Part shown: piece after piece, positions 38,659 to 48,089 of the stretch | How the letters are laid out: every line of letters begins with the position of its first letter | Position numbering within the stretch: the stretch's first letter is position 1 | Source of the DNA: Phycisphaeraceae bacterium | GTDB lineage: Bacteria > Planctomycetota > Phycisphaerae > Phycisphaerales > Phycisphaeraceae | Assembly: GCA_963674705.1 (NCBI GenBank) | Contig: OY771506.1 | Span: forward strand, 2,048,001 to 2,112,000 | DNA length: 64,000 nucleotides | Direction of reading: 5' to 3' | The notes under the pieces: generated by a model | Told to the model about the DNA's origin: nothing | What the model saw: only the letters and a program-made list of their open reading frames with translations | Database searches by the model: none | Position numbers and translations under genes: made by a program

Positions 38659-41600
38659 TTATGGGAAAGACGGTGGAGTGCCTTGATTCCAGTTGTTTAG
38701 GATGACGTCCAGATCATCTAGGCCGACATAGCCATCTCCCGAGGGATCTGCATGTGGATCAGCACTAGGATCGTTAATCGGATCAGCCGGGTGAACATAC
38801 AGGTTCCAGTTATTCAGGACAATGTCTAGATCGTCAAGGCCTACATAGCCGTCGCGGTTTAGGTCACCGACGACAGGGACTGCTAAACGGTCATGTTTAA
38901 GGACACCTGTACCACGCGTAGCAATATAGAGGCCGCCTTCGTTCTCACCCTGATGGACGTGCATCATCCACGCACGCCGATTATCGGGTTGAACATCCGC
39001 ATCAAGTGGCAACCAGTTTGTAGCGGTAGTAAGCATCGAGACGCCTTCGCTGAAGTCACACGCGTACAATTGAGGGCTTGCGGAGACGGCATAGCCGGGC
39101 CCTAACTTATCGTAATCACCATCACGAAGGGCGTAGGCTTGTTTAGCAGACACATCAACCGCCACACCTCCGAAGCCTACCTGGCCGTCGCCGTCAAGTA
39201 CTTTGGTATAATTATCACCCGCATCAGTGCTGATATAAAGACCAGCATTAGCAGAAACTAACACAATTGTTGCATGATTCGTGCTATCAGCGTATATCGC
39301 AATATCACTACAATTACCACAATCGCTAATGACCTTTTTCACTTTCCATCCGTCAGCGGTATCAGTCCAGTCACCATATCCTGTGACGCCACTCGCTAGT
39401 TTTACAGCAGTCCAGATTCCTGCACTTCTGTCGTAATCCGAACCAGTACCTGGTTCTGTATACTTCCATGTCCCGATGATTAAACGGTAATCCTCAAGAG
39501 ATGTCCCATCATTATTGGGGTTCGCATTGTGTGGAATCGCTTGTATATTTGTCACGGATTCCGTCTTAAGTGAACCTACCGCGTTATTGTTGAATTTGAG
39601 TATTTGCGTCCAACTAGATCCGTTGTCGGAAGACTGATACACACCCGATTGTGAACGTAATGTGATATCAATAGGTTCCTTGTCCTCATCGACTTCGATT
39701 TTTTGCACGGTTCCTAGCCAGAGCGGCGAATACAGGTCATTCGTATCGGCGGTCATATCCCAGTATTCGAGACCATCACAGGGTAGATTGCCCGCTACAT
39801 TGCCGGGGTTGTAGTGACCGCCACCCACGAGTACCCATGTACTGCCTGCATTTGTCGACTTAAATAACCCACTCAAGCCACTGGCACCGGCAGTACTATC
39901 ATTTGCACTGGCATAAATAGCATTTGTGTTCTGGCTATCGGTGTGAAACTTGACAAAGAAACCATCGCTTGCATAGCCATAGATATCTTCAAGTGTAATA
40001 GGATTTTGGCCGATAACCACTTTCATGCCACCCGCGTGCTCTTTGAAGTAGTAATTTCCATTTACTTCAATTGCTTCTAATATCCCGCGATCACCTTGCG
40101 ACATGAAGATTTTATCGGGATCGTCCGGTTTTGTGGTTACGTGGCGAACTGTGGTGTTAACCATACCACGGTTTGCCCACTCATCATTGGCCCCGTTTTG
40201 CGTACTATACTCCTGGCTCCAACCGTAATTAGCCGGATCTGTGAAGTGAGGAACGATTTCTTCCCCATTTTGTGTTACATAAAAAAAGTTACTTGCGCTT
40301 CGGAAGAAGCTACCACTCTTACCAGCCCAGATACATCCATTACCATTTGTGGGGTTATATGCATAGTACAGTGAGTGGGGGTTGTTGCGGAGCGGTTTAC
40401 TCTGTTGCCAGCCGGCATCCCAGTCGGTGTCATTCACAGCGGTATAACACGTTTTCCACATGCCACCGCTTTTTACATTGTTGCCGTTATACGAATACTG
40501 AATTGTAGTTTCGCCCGCAGTTGAGGCGCCGATGAAAACATAATTGCCCCATATTTGATTACCTCTACTTACATAATCCATCAAGGAAGAGTCGTTGGCC
40601 ATGGACTTTTCATCAATGGCGATCGCGTTCCATTCGACGACAAACGATCCTGAAGAATCCGGATGGCCCTCACCATCATGATATTGCAGTACATTTTGAA
40701 CACGGAACCACTTATAAGTTGGTGGAGTAGTAGGAGGATCAGTATCCTCTTTCCATCTGTAATACCCACCAGGTACTTTGAATTTTGGATCTGACTCATA
40801 TGTATTGGGATCTAGATATTGGTCTCCACCGTTCTTTTCGTAATCGATACCTTTGACGATGACTCTGGCATCTGTATCAAAGTTATCGGGATTCACAATA
40901 ATATCGTTGCAGTGCAGGTTGACGATGAATCCGTCACCGTCTAAGCCATTTGAACGCTCCTCCCAACTGGTACCACCGTTATTAGAGTAGAAGACGCCGT
41001 CTTCGGTGCATACCCAGAGTTGATCTACATTTGCTTGATTAGCCACAATTTTGTATGTCGTCGCCACCCAATCTGGATCTGTTGGCTTCAAACGGCTAGA
41101 TGTCCAAATACCTGAATCAGTGGTCGAATCCACTGGGTTATCGACACCCGGTGTACAGTCATACTTCCAGATATTCCCCGTTGCATGAGAGAGTACAGTC
41201 GATTTTACCAGCAAGCTGCCACATCCGGCATATACCCGAAGTTTATTTCCGCTATCATAGCGCACAACACTGATCGTACTAACCTTGGACAGATTATTAA
41301 ACATATCCTCTACAGGCAAGGTATCAGGGTCCGAATTCAAAGGGACATCCATGATACGCTCATTATCTGCTTCACTGCCCAGTCGTTTCCACGTGGTGTA
41401 TTCGTCGTCCTCGCTGTTGTAGCTGTAGTAAACACCCGTTTGTGTTGCTATAAAAATACCGATCGGATCCGTTGACGTATCGAACGCGATATCCTGACAG
41501 AACCGGATGCTCCAATTTTGAGTCAGGTACTCGTAATTAGGATTTGTTGAGAAAGCATTAAAACCATTCTGCGTAGTGCGCCATAGGCCAGCCACATCAC

Positions 41601-41763
41601 TTCCGATATATAAACGAGTGGGATTGCCAGCGCCGGTGTCAGGTTCTGACTTTATCAGGTGTATCTGGCCACCGGCTCCCTGTCCCAGTTGCTCCCATTC
41701 AGCAAAGGCTGGGGCGGTGAGTACAAAGCACAATGTTATGGTGTAAATCAAACGAAAGAACAT
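38659..41763 (-). CDS. Secreted BNR/Asp-box beta-propeller, GH74-like, with C-terminal dockerin-like duplicated EF-hand
   Basis: Signal peptide, LYIGSDVAGLWR and MSQGDRG resembling the two GH74 catalytic Asp motifs, Asp-boxes (SNNGGTSW, STNAGSTW, SSDNGSSW), and a duplicated D.N/S.DGYVGLDDLD..L.NWN motif. Confidence 0.78.
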   Translation of the reverse strand: MFFRLIYTITLCFVLTAPAFAEWEQLGQGAGGQIHLIKSEPDTGAGNPTRLYIGSDVAGLWRTTQNGFNAFSTNPNYEYLTQNWSIRFCQDIAFDTSTDPIGIFIATQTGVYYSYNSEDDEYTTWKRLGSEADNERIMDVPLNSDPDTLPVEDMFNNLSKVSTISVVRYDSGNKLRVYAGCGSLLVKSTVLSHATGNIWKYDCTPGVDNPVDSTTDSGIWTSSRLKPTDPDWVATTYKIVANQANVDQLWVCTEDGVFYSNNGGTSWEERSNGLDGDGFIVNLHCNDIIVNPDNFDTDARVIVKGIDYEKNGGDQYLDPNTYESDPKFKVPGGYYRWKEDTDPPTTPPTYKWFRVQNVLQYHDGEGHPDSSGSFVVEWNAIAIDEKSMANDSSLMDYVSRGNQIWGNYVFIGASTAGETTIQYSYNGNNVKSGGMWKTCYTAVNDTDWDAGWQQSKPLRNNPHSLYYAYNPTNGNGCIWAGKSGSFFRSASNFFYVTQNGEEIVPHFTDPANYGWSQEYSTQNGANDEWANRGMVNTTVRHVTTKPDDPDKIFMSQGDRGILEAIEVNGNYYFKEHAGGMKVVIGQNPITLEDIYGYASDGFFVKFHTDSQNTNAIYASANDSTAGASGLSGLFKSTNAGSTWVLVGGGHYNPGNVAGNLPCDGLEYWDMTADTNDLYSPLWLGTVQKIEVDEDKEPIDITLRSQSGVYQSSDNGSSWTQILKFNNNAVGSLKTESVTNIQAIPHNANPNNDGTSLEDYRLIIGTWKYTEPGTGSDYDRSAGIWTAVKLASGVTGYGDWTDTADGWKVKKVISDCGNCSDIAIYADSTNHATIVLVSANAGLYISTDAGDNYTKVLDGDGQVGFGGVAVDVSAKQAYALRDGDYDKLGPGYAVSASPQLYACDFSEGVSMLTTATNWLPLDADVQPDNRRAWMMHVHQGENEGGLYIATRGTGVLKHDRLAVPVVGDLNRDGYVGLDDLDIVLNNWNLYVHPADPINDPSADPHADPSGDGYVGLDDLDVILNNWNQGTPPSFP

Positions 41764-41939
41764 GTTGTCCTCCGGGCAATATGTGGATTAGTTGGCGAGA
41801 CACGTGCAATTACAGCCCGCGCTCTCTGCTAGACACTTCATTCCATGAATCATAAAGTTATCCCCCTGACCCAATGGAATCAACGGATCAGAACATGCTG
41901 ATGTTCATCAATATCATAGCGATAGCTGATAGCGAGTAT

Positions 41940-43277
41940 TCACCGGCCGCGCCTTAGTAATGCCAATCCGCCCAGTGCGAGGAGGCTGAGGCTTGTGGGT
42001 TCGGGGACGGTGAACTTGACAAGGAAGGCGTCCCAATCCCCCGCGTTGGTCCCGACGAGACTGCCGTTGGTGTAGCCGCTGCTGTACACGTTGCCCGCGC
42101 TGTCTACTGCCAGTGCACGACTCTCATCCGTATCCATAGTGCCGAACTGCTGGGTCCACAGCAGATTGCCTGATGCGTCGTACTTCGTCAGGAAGGCGTC
42201 GGAAGATCCTAAGTTAGTCCCATCGAGACTGCCACCGGTGAAGCCGCTGATGAATATGTTGCCTGAACTATCCACAGCTACGCCGTAACTGCGATCTGTA
42301 GCATATGTGCCGATCTGTCGGCTCCACAGGACATTGCCCGAGGCATCTAACTTTGTCAAACAAGCATCAAGTGATCCCGCATTGGTCCCGCCAAGGTCGC
42401 CTTCGGTGTATCCGCTGATGTAGACGTTGCCCGTGCTGTCTGTTGTAACGGCATAGCTACTATCACTGCTTGTCGTGCCGATCTGCTGAGTCCACAATTC
42501 ATTGCCGGAGGTGTCGTACTTCGTTAGGAAAGCGTCATAAGACCCTGCGTTGACCCCATCAAGATCGCCACTTGTGCTGCCACTGATATAGACATTGCCC
42601 GAACTGTCCACCGTTACGGCATGCCCATTATCATTCTCTGTTGTGCCGATCTGTCGGGTCCATAACACATTGCCCGATGAATCGAACTTCGTCAGGTAGG
42701 CATCATCTTCGCCCCGATACGTGCCACCAAGGTTGCCATTGGTGTTGCCGCAGATGTAAATGTTGCTTGAGCTGTCCACGACCACGGAACTGCTGAGTTC
42801 AGTGTTGGCGGTTCCGATCTGTTGGGACCACACCAGGTTGCCGGAAGGATCGTACTTCACCAAGAAGGCATCGCTGCCACCGGCGCTGGTTCCGCCGAGG
42901 CTGCCATACGTATTACCACTGATGTAGGCGTTGCCCGCACTGTCGACCGCTACGGCATTACTGCGATCGTACTTTGCTGTGCCGATCTGCCTGGTCCACA
43001 GCACATTGCCGGAGGCATCGAACTTTGCCAGAAAGGCTTCATAGTGGCCCGCGCTGGTGCCGCCGAGGTTGCCGCCAGTCATGCCGCTGATGTAGGTGTT
43101 GCCCGAGCCGTCCACTGCGACGGAAAAGCTTTGGTCAAGTACTGACGTGCCAATCTGCGCGGACCATTCGACCGCGTATGGCTGTTCCGCATAAACAATA
43201 CTGCCTTCAGCTACCGACGCGCACACCACCGCTACGCTGACTATGCGAGCCATCCACGAAGTCATTTTAGGCATCAT
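41940..43277 (-). CDS. SBBP-repeat seven-bladed beta-propeller, PEP-CTERM protein
   Basis: About seven repeats of QIGT...VAVDSSGN.YISG.T.G.LGG...DAFL.K.D.SGN.LW; C-terminal VPEPTSLSLLALGGLALLRRGR. Confidence 0.9.
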   Translation of the reverse strand: MMPKMTSWMARIVSVAVVCASVAEGSIVYAEQPYAVEWSAQIGTSVLDQSFSVAVDGSGNTYISGMTGGNLGGTSAGHYEAFLAKFDASGNVLWTRQIGTAKYDRSNAVAVDSAGNAYISGNTYGSLGGTSAGGSDAFLVKYDPSGNLVWSQQIGTANTELSSSVVVDSSSNIYICGNTNGNLGGTYRGEDDAYLTKFDSSGNVLWTRQIGTTENDNGHAVTVDSSGNVYISGSTSGDLDGVNAGSYDAFLTKYDTSGNELWTQQIGTTSSDSSYAVTTDSTGNVYISGYTEGDLGGTNAGSLDACLTKLDASGNVLWSRQIGTYATDRSYGVAVDSSGNIFISGFTGGSLDGTNLGSSDAFLTKYDASGNLLWTQQFGTMDTDESRALAVDSAGNVYSSGYTNGSLVGTNAGDWDAFLVKFTVPEPTSLSLLALGGLALLRRGR

Positions 43278-43731
43278 GTTCCCTTTCTCGAATTAAAACC
43301 CCGGCCCCGGTGAAGGCTTCCGGCTAGACTGGGCGGATGCCGTGACCCGGACCATGATAATTATGCAGACTATATTGTACTGTTATTGGTTTGAGGTTAC
43401 AAGGCAATAATTATTTGTTAATACGATCCCGTTCTTTGGTAATCTTCGATCCAGCGTTTATGTGAGAATCAAAGAGTTTTGTAGTTGTTTGCGATGCCAC
43501 AAGGATTAACGTAATCCTGGCCGGAACGGCGGTAGATTGCAGGAGGCATTTTAAAGGCGGTCCGCATGACGAAAATCCAAACAACTTGGCAGTAGCCAAT
43601 GTTGATTTGCGATAACCTTCTTCAGTCTGGTTACGGCTTCAACTGCGTGATACGAAGCGCAACCTTAAACATATACTCACCGTCAAATCCACCACGGATG
43701 CAACCGTAAAATCTTCACGTACTAGGAAAGT

Positions 43732-43799
43732 AAAGAAACTATGAAAGCCGGGTCTCCCGAAGACCACTCACCGGGAGACCCGGCTTTCATAGTTTCTTT
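43732..43799. repeat. Perfect 28-bp inverted repeat with 12-nt loop (possible bidirectional terminator)
   Basis: AAAGAAACTATGAAAGCCGGGTCTCCCG (43732-43759) and CGGGAGACCCGGCTTTCATAGTTTCTTT (43772-43799). Confidence 0.85.
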
Positions 43800-43895
43800 T
43801 CTTATCAGCGTGTGATTAAATGTTCATCCATAGTGGGCTGTACTTAGCTCAACCGCACCCTGATCGGGAGTAGGGGAGAATGCTGATCCTACCCT

Positions 43896-44324
43896 CTAAA
43901 TATACAGAAGTGCGCCTTCAGGCCAATCACCTTCCCAACCACAAGGGAAGTGACCCTGCTCATAAACAGATAGCAAGTGGACATAAAACAAAGGGGGGTT
44001 GCAATGAGCGTAAGCAATCTCCATGATTGCTGCCAGGACATCCCATTGCACACGATGCACAAACCTTATCGGTTCTCCGTGTTTGGTAGCGAATGCTTCT
44101 GCTTGCGCTGTAACTGAATCAACAACACGTCGTTTCGCTTCATCTGTAATGTTATTCCAAGATCTGTATTCTTGCTTGTAATTGTTGTGCAAATGCAGTG
44201 TTAGATGATCTCTAGCATGAGCCCTAATAGTCCCCCATTCTTCTGCTGTGTAGTAGTTTCTAGCAACGTCCCAGCGATCAATCCACTTGCATGGCGTAGA
44301 CATATTTAAAGTGGCTCCAGACAC
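43896..44324 (-). pseudogene. Probably 5'-truncated immunity-like gene
   Basis: C-terminal motif YEQGHFPCGWEGDWPEG.L, which I recall from small proteins found after polymorphic toxins. The ORF starts exactly at an element B left end (44325). Confidence 0.5.
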
Positions 44325-44357
44325 TAGAGTGGTCCAAACCTAGTGAGTGCGCAACCG
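44325..44357 (+). mobile_element. Two abutting IS left-end fragments
   Basis: TAGAGTGGTCCAAACC (44325-44340, element B left end) joined to CTAGTGAGTGCGCAACCG (44340-44357), which is identical to 367-384. Confidence 0.7.
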
Positions 44358-44495
44358 TGTTCGTAATGGCCGGTATGTAATTATTGCGGTGTCGTACCGC
44401 GCCATTCTCAAATTTTATACTCGTCTCGCTTGATCTTGTTTCTTGGTTGTGGCTAAGTGCGATCCTGTGGTTGCTAGACCATAGGAGCAAATACG

Positions 44496-45257
44496 ATGGC
44501 TTACGACGAACGGGATCGAGACATACCTAAGGATGAACAGTTTCAGGAGGTAAGTAAGGTCCTCGCGACAGCTTTACTCCGCTATTGTCGCGAGGGGCCA
44601 CATCCTAATTCTACGCCGGCACCCGAAGACGCAGACTCCGAATCGCCTCCTACTGATTCTGTCGAATCACCCCACCATGTGGGAGATAAACAAAAAACGA
44701 AAACCAATCATGCTCCCATCGAGGAACGTATAAAAGCCAAGGCTATGGACATTCTCCGCCAGTGCAAATTGCCTCTCACTGACGAAGAGGATCTATGTCA
44801 AAGTATACGTTTGGATCTTCTCAAGCGTGATCATCTATTTGATCCAAAGCGCGGCTCGCGGGAACGGTTTGAGACGATCGTGATCAATAGTTGGGCGGCA
44901 ATGTTTCTACGCGGTCGCTCACGAATAAAGCACGCTTTTCATCTGGATCATGTACCGCTCGACGTTCTCATCGATAACGATGTGGCCAGGGGTTATGGAT
45001 ATTCGTGTGATCAGACGCCGGTAAGCTTGGCAGAACTTGTTCCGGATCCTTCGGTTGAAGTACCATTGCTCATAGATAGGCGCGACGCCCTTGAATATGG
45101 GATGAGGACCCTTTCAGAACATGATCGTCAACTTATATGCTTGATAGCGCGTCATGGAAAGGCGGCGGCGGCTCGAAGTCGTGGCATCTCACGTCGGCAA
45201 GTTGACAACATCATTGTGAAGCGTATTCGGCACCATTTTGAACGGGCGGGCTTTTGA
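44496..45257 (+). CDS. Sigma-70/ECF-like RNA polymerase sigma factor of the type seen on planctomycete mobile elements
   Basis: Region 2-like DEEDLCQSIRLDLLKRDHLFDPKRGS...F...VI; region 4 HTH LSEHDRQLI...AAARSRGISRRQV...RIRHHFERAG. Confidence 0.7.
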   Translation: MAYDERDRDIPKDEQFQEVSKVLATALLRYCREGPHPNSTPAPEDADSESPPTDSVESPHHVGDKQKTKTNHAPIEERIKAKAMDILRQCKLPLTDEEDLCQSIRLDLLKRDHLFDPKRGSRERFETIVINSWAAMFLRGRSRIKHAFHLDHVPLDVLIDNDVARGYGYSCDQTPVSLAELVPDPSVEVPLLIDRRDALEYGMRTLSEHDRQLICLIARHGKAAAARSRGISRRQVDNIIVKRIRHHFERAGF

Positions 45258-45439
45258 ACTTCAAGCGACTCGTGTTCGGCTTTATGCCGTGTTTCCTGCT
45301 TTCAGGCTGGAACCCCCCCCCCGTCTAATTACTGCGTTGATTCAAAGACTTCTGCAGGTACATATTTGTAGCTTCAAGAAGTTCCGTTAATCATCTTCAT
45401 CTACATCAGGGCAAGGAGAATCGGCTGTGGAACACTAGC

Positions 45440-45762
45440 CATGATCCGATCAGAAAGACCGAATCCCCGCCGCCGATCGAGCAAACCGTCCTTGTCCATC
45501 GGTATGCGATGTTGGGTGGGCTGTTGAGCCATTACGAGCGAAAGCAGCGTGAAATAAAGGGAAAACGGGCAGAGCCCGACATTTGAATCGGCCCCGGCCC
45601 GAGATTGTCCTTGCCCAATTCGCTGGTGGACCTCTTCACCGTGCCCAATATTTATAGACCGGATCCGGTGGTGGTTGGTTTTCGTCGAAACCGCGAATGG
45701 ACCACTTCACCCGCTCCGACCCGGCAGCTGGTTCTCGCCGAACTCGCAAATGGGCCACTTCA
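45440..45762 (+). mobile_element. Element B transposase tail followed by three tandem right ends
   Basis: ...GGLLSHYERKAA* followed by TGGACCTCTTCA (45627-45638), TGGACCACTTCA (45698-45709) and TGGGCCACTTCA (45751-45762), each preceded by diverged subterminal sequence. Confidence 0.8.
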
Positions 45763-46019
45763 GCGTTGACAAACGGCGGGAACCAGTCTCACGCAATCCC
45801 CGCTTGAGACTGATCGGCATCCTGTAACCGCTGATCCTGCCGGTACCTGTGGCGGCGGCATAAACGCACCATCGCCCAGGTTACCCGGGCCCCGCCAGCT
45901 ACCGTGGTCGTGTGACAGCGGCCATGGGAGTCTGCGGCGCTTTATGGAGACGAATACACAAAATACATTGCCATTCGTGCTCTCGGCCCCATAATTTCGC
46001 CATGAATCATGTATTTGCG

Positions 46020-46049
46020 TTGACAAACAGCCATGATCAAGCGTATAGT
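46020..46049 (+). promoter_or_regulatory. Near-consensus sigma70 promoter for the kinase operon
   Basis: TTGACA (46020-46025), 18-bp spacer, TATAGT (46044-46049); an in-frame ATG at 46057 lies 7 nt downstream. Confidence 0.6.
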
Positions 46050-47667
46050 ATGGCCTATGGCGAGTTCTTCATCACGAAATTGCTCTAATCGTCCCGACGA
46101 GCGTGCGCGATCTCGTCTACAAGAGTTTGCTCAGGCGATTATGCGCATGGACTCTCGCGAACGAGATGCACTGTTGAGTCTGGTCACAGTACTTGAAGAA
46201 GATCCGCGAGGTCCGGGCGCTGAACGGGGTTGCGGGGTCTTGTTTTCGGAATGGAACCACAAGTACAAGGCGACGTCTGGGCGATCGGAGTATGCGCTGC
46301 GACAATCGATTGCTTGGTTTCAGGAGCACACCGATTCGAATCCCGAGAGAGAGTTCGTACGAATACAGGGGAAAGGCAAAGGCACCCGATATTCGGTACC
46401 TGAGGACGTCGCCATTGCCTCACAGATCGCACAATCGTCCGATGAGGAGAGGGGTCTGTGCCTTGCGCTTGGCGTCGTCCGTTTGACGGAGGTCCTCACA
46501 AGTACAATAGACGCCGGGCAGCAAATTCCATCATTCAGCTCGAAGCCGGACGATTTTGTCGATCTTGGTGAAATGGTCCACCCGGGCTTTGTCACCAACC
46601 AGTCGCTGGAGATCACCGGTGCCTCGGAGTCGTTCAAAAGGCTGTTCCATGTGTCAGCATTCCCCATCGAGATGGAGTCGCTGTTCACGCGCCTCCATTC
46701 GTATGATTTGGTACGCGACAAAGTCGACGATTCTGATAGTACGTTGTTTTCGGACATTGTCGCGCACTTAAGCAATGGCAAGGCGATCAACAACGACTAC
46801 TATCTTTATATGCCGCTCAATGGGGGGGGGGATGAAGGCGTTATTATCGAGGCATTTGTTACGCCACAGCGGAGATATGTAGGTACTCAAGGAACGCTTG
46901 TTGTTGCGACAAACAAGGTACGTCGCATGCAGCAGCGAATGTTCGAAACAGCGCAGTTCGCTCACTTCATATTAACGCATGAAGTTAATAGCCAGCTTAT
47001 GCGACACTCGATGGCGCTTTACCAAGCGCAGGAAGACTTCGCGCGGGCACATCCCGATGACAGCGAGCACCTGCGCCAACTGAAGCTACTTATGCGCGAC
47101 TTCGACAACATTCAATTGCAGTTGAAAGAATGGCAGGAGGAAATGACACTTTCTGACCTTAAGCATCGCGAGAGCAGAGCGGACGTCGAATCGTGCGTTG
47201 AACGCGCCGTTACCCGCGTGGCTGGCCGGTACCCTGATGCTCAGTTCGCAATCGACTCTGACATTCCCCCGCACACGGTAGCCTACGCGTCGATGCCTGC
47301 GCTCGCACTCGTCACTGTTCTCGAAGCGCTTCTCACGAATGCATACGATGCCAGCACAGAATCGAGTGCCCAAGGCTCCCAAGCGTCGATCAGTCTCACC
47401 GTGGATACGGAGTTCCCTGAATACCCGATCCTCATGGTGATTTCAAACTACGGTCGCGGTTTCCCCGAAGAGGTGGTCGCAGCATTCAGATCAGGGGATG
47501 AGCCTCCAAGCACAAAACACTCGGGTGTCGGCCGTGGCCTCGCGCAGTCACGCCGATGGCTGGTGGAAGAATACGGACACCGGATGACCATCGCTTCGAC
47601 ATCGGTCGGCGCATCCGTGACACTTCGCATGAAGGGCAGCATTCAGGCACAAGGGGACGCGATATGA
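46033..47667 (+). CDS. Cytoplasmic sensor histidine kinase with possible N-terminal winged HTH and PAS-like region (likely start 46057)
   Basis: H-box THEVNSQL, N-box EALLTNAYDA, G1-like SNYGRGFP, and STK..G.GRGL. No transmembrane segments are evident. Confidence 0.75.
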   Translation: MIKRIVWPMASSSSRNCSNRPDERARSRLQEFAQAIMRMDSRERDALLSLVTVLEEDPRGPGAERGCGVLFSEWNHKYKATSGRSEYALRQSIAWFQEHTDSNPEREFVRIQGKGKGTRYSVPEDVAIASQIAQSSDEERGLCLALGVVRLTEVLTSTIDAGQQIPSFSSKPDDFVDLGEMVHPGFVTNQSLEITGASESFKRLFHVSAFPIEMESLFTRLHSYDLVRDKVDDSDSTLFSDIVAHLSNGKAINNDYYLYMPLNGGGDEGVIIEAFVTPQRRYVGTQGTLVVATNKVRRMQQRMFETAQFAHFILTHEVNSQLMRHSMALYQAQEDFARAHPDDSEHLRQLKLLMRDFDNIQLQLKEWQEEMTLSDLKHRESRADVESCVERAVTRVAGRYPDAQFAIDSDIPPHTVAYASMPALALVTVLEALLTNAYDASTESSAQGSQASISLTVDTEFPEYPILMVISNYGRGFPEEVVAAFRSGDEPPSTKHSGVGRGLAQSRRWLVEEYGHRMTIASTSVGASVTLRMKGSIQAQGDAI

Positions 47668-48089
47668 TCATGCGTGTACTGGTCTTGGACAACGACGAGA
47701 ACTTTGCCAAACAACTTCAATCAGCGGTCCTTTGGTTGAACAGACACTATCTTGCAAAGCGTGTCGAAATGGACGTTGATGCTGTTTTTGATATTGCATC
47801 TGCGCATGCGGCGATAATACGCAATAGCTATGATATTGCGTTTGTAGACGGCATCCTCAGCAGTACCGATGCTTTCGATGATGGCATCGACTTCGCCAAG
47901 TATCTTCGCGCAGAGTATCCAGAAATGACGATCGTTGTTGTATCAGCATACCCCGCCTGTCTGGACGCAGCCAGAGTCGAGGGCATCGAATATGTGCTGG
48001 CAAAAAGCCATGTACCCATCCGCGGGTTCTATGATCGTCTGAGGAGTATCCTTGATGGTATCTCGTACGCATCGGAGGGAGGATCATGA
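47664..48089 (+). CDS. Stand-alone response regulator receiver protein
   Basis: RVLVLDND, phospho-acceptor in DIAFVD, DGIDF, VVSAY, LAK; ATGA-coupled to the kinase. Confidence 0.85.
   Translation: MIMRVLVLDNDENFAKQLQSAVLWLNRHYLAKRVEMDVDAVFDIASAHAAIIRNSYDIAFVDGILSSTDAFDDGIDFAKYLRAEYPEMTIVVVSAYPACLDAARVEGIEYVLAKSHVPIRGFYDRLRSILDGISYASEGGS

Noticed and set aside
41940..43277. Regular ~165-bp nucleotide repeats as a possible CRISPR or tandem array
   Set aside because: They are in-frame, degenerate SBBP propeller blades within a CDS. There is no repeat-spacer structure and no cas genes.
45540..45762. Tandem motifs as a mini-CRISPR or integron attC array
   Set aside because: The units match element B right ends, have irregular spacing (71 and 53 bp), and no cas or tyrosine integrase gene is present.
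45763..46019. TPP or other riboswitch upstream of the NMT1-type ABC operon
   Set aside because: I could not find the TPP consensus (CUGAGA...AUACCUG...GGAA), and the promoter lies downstream of this stretch. An Rfam scan would be decisive.
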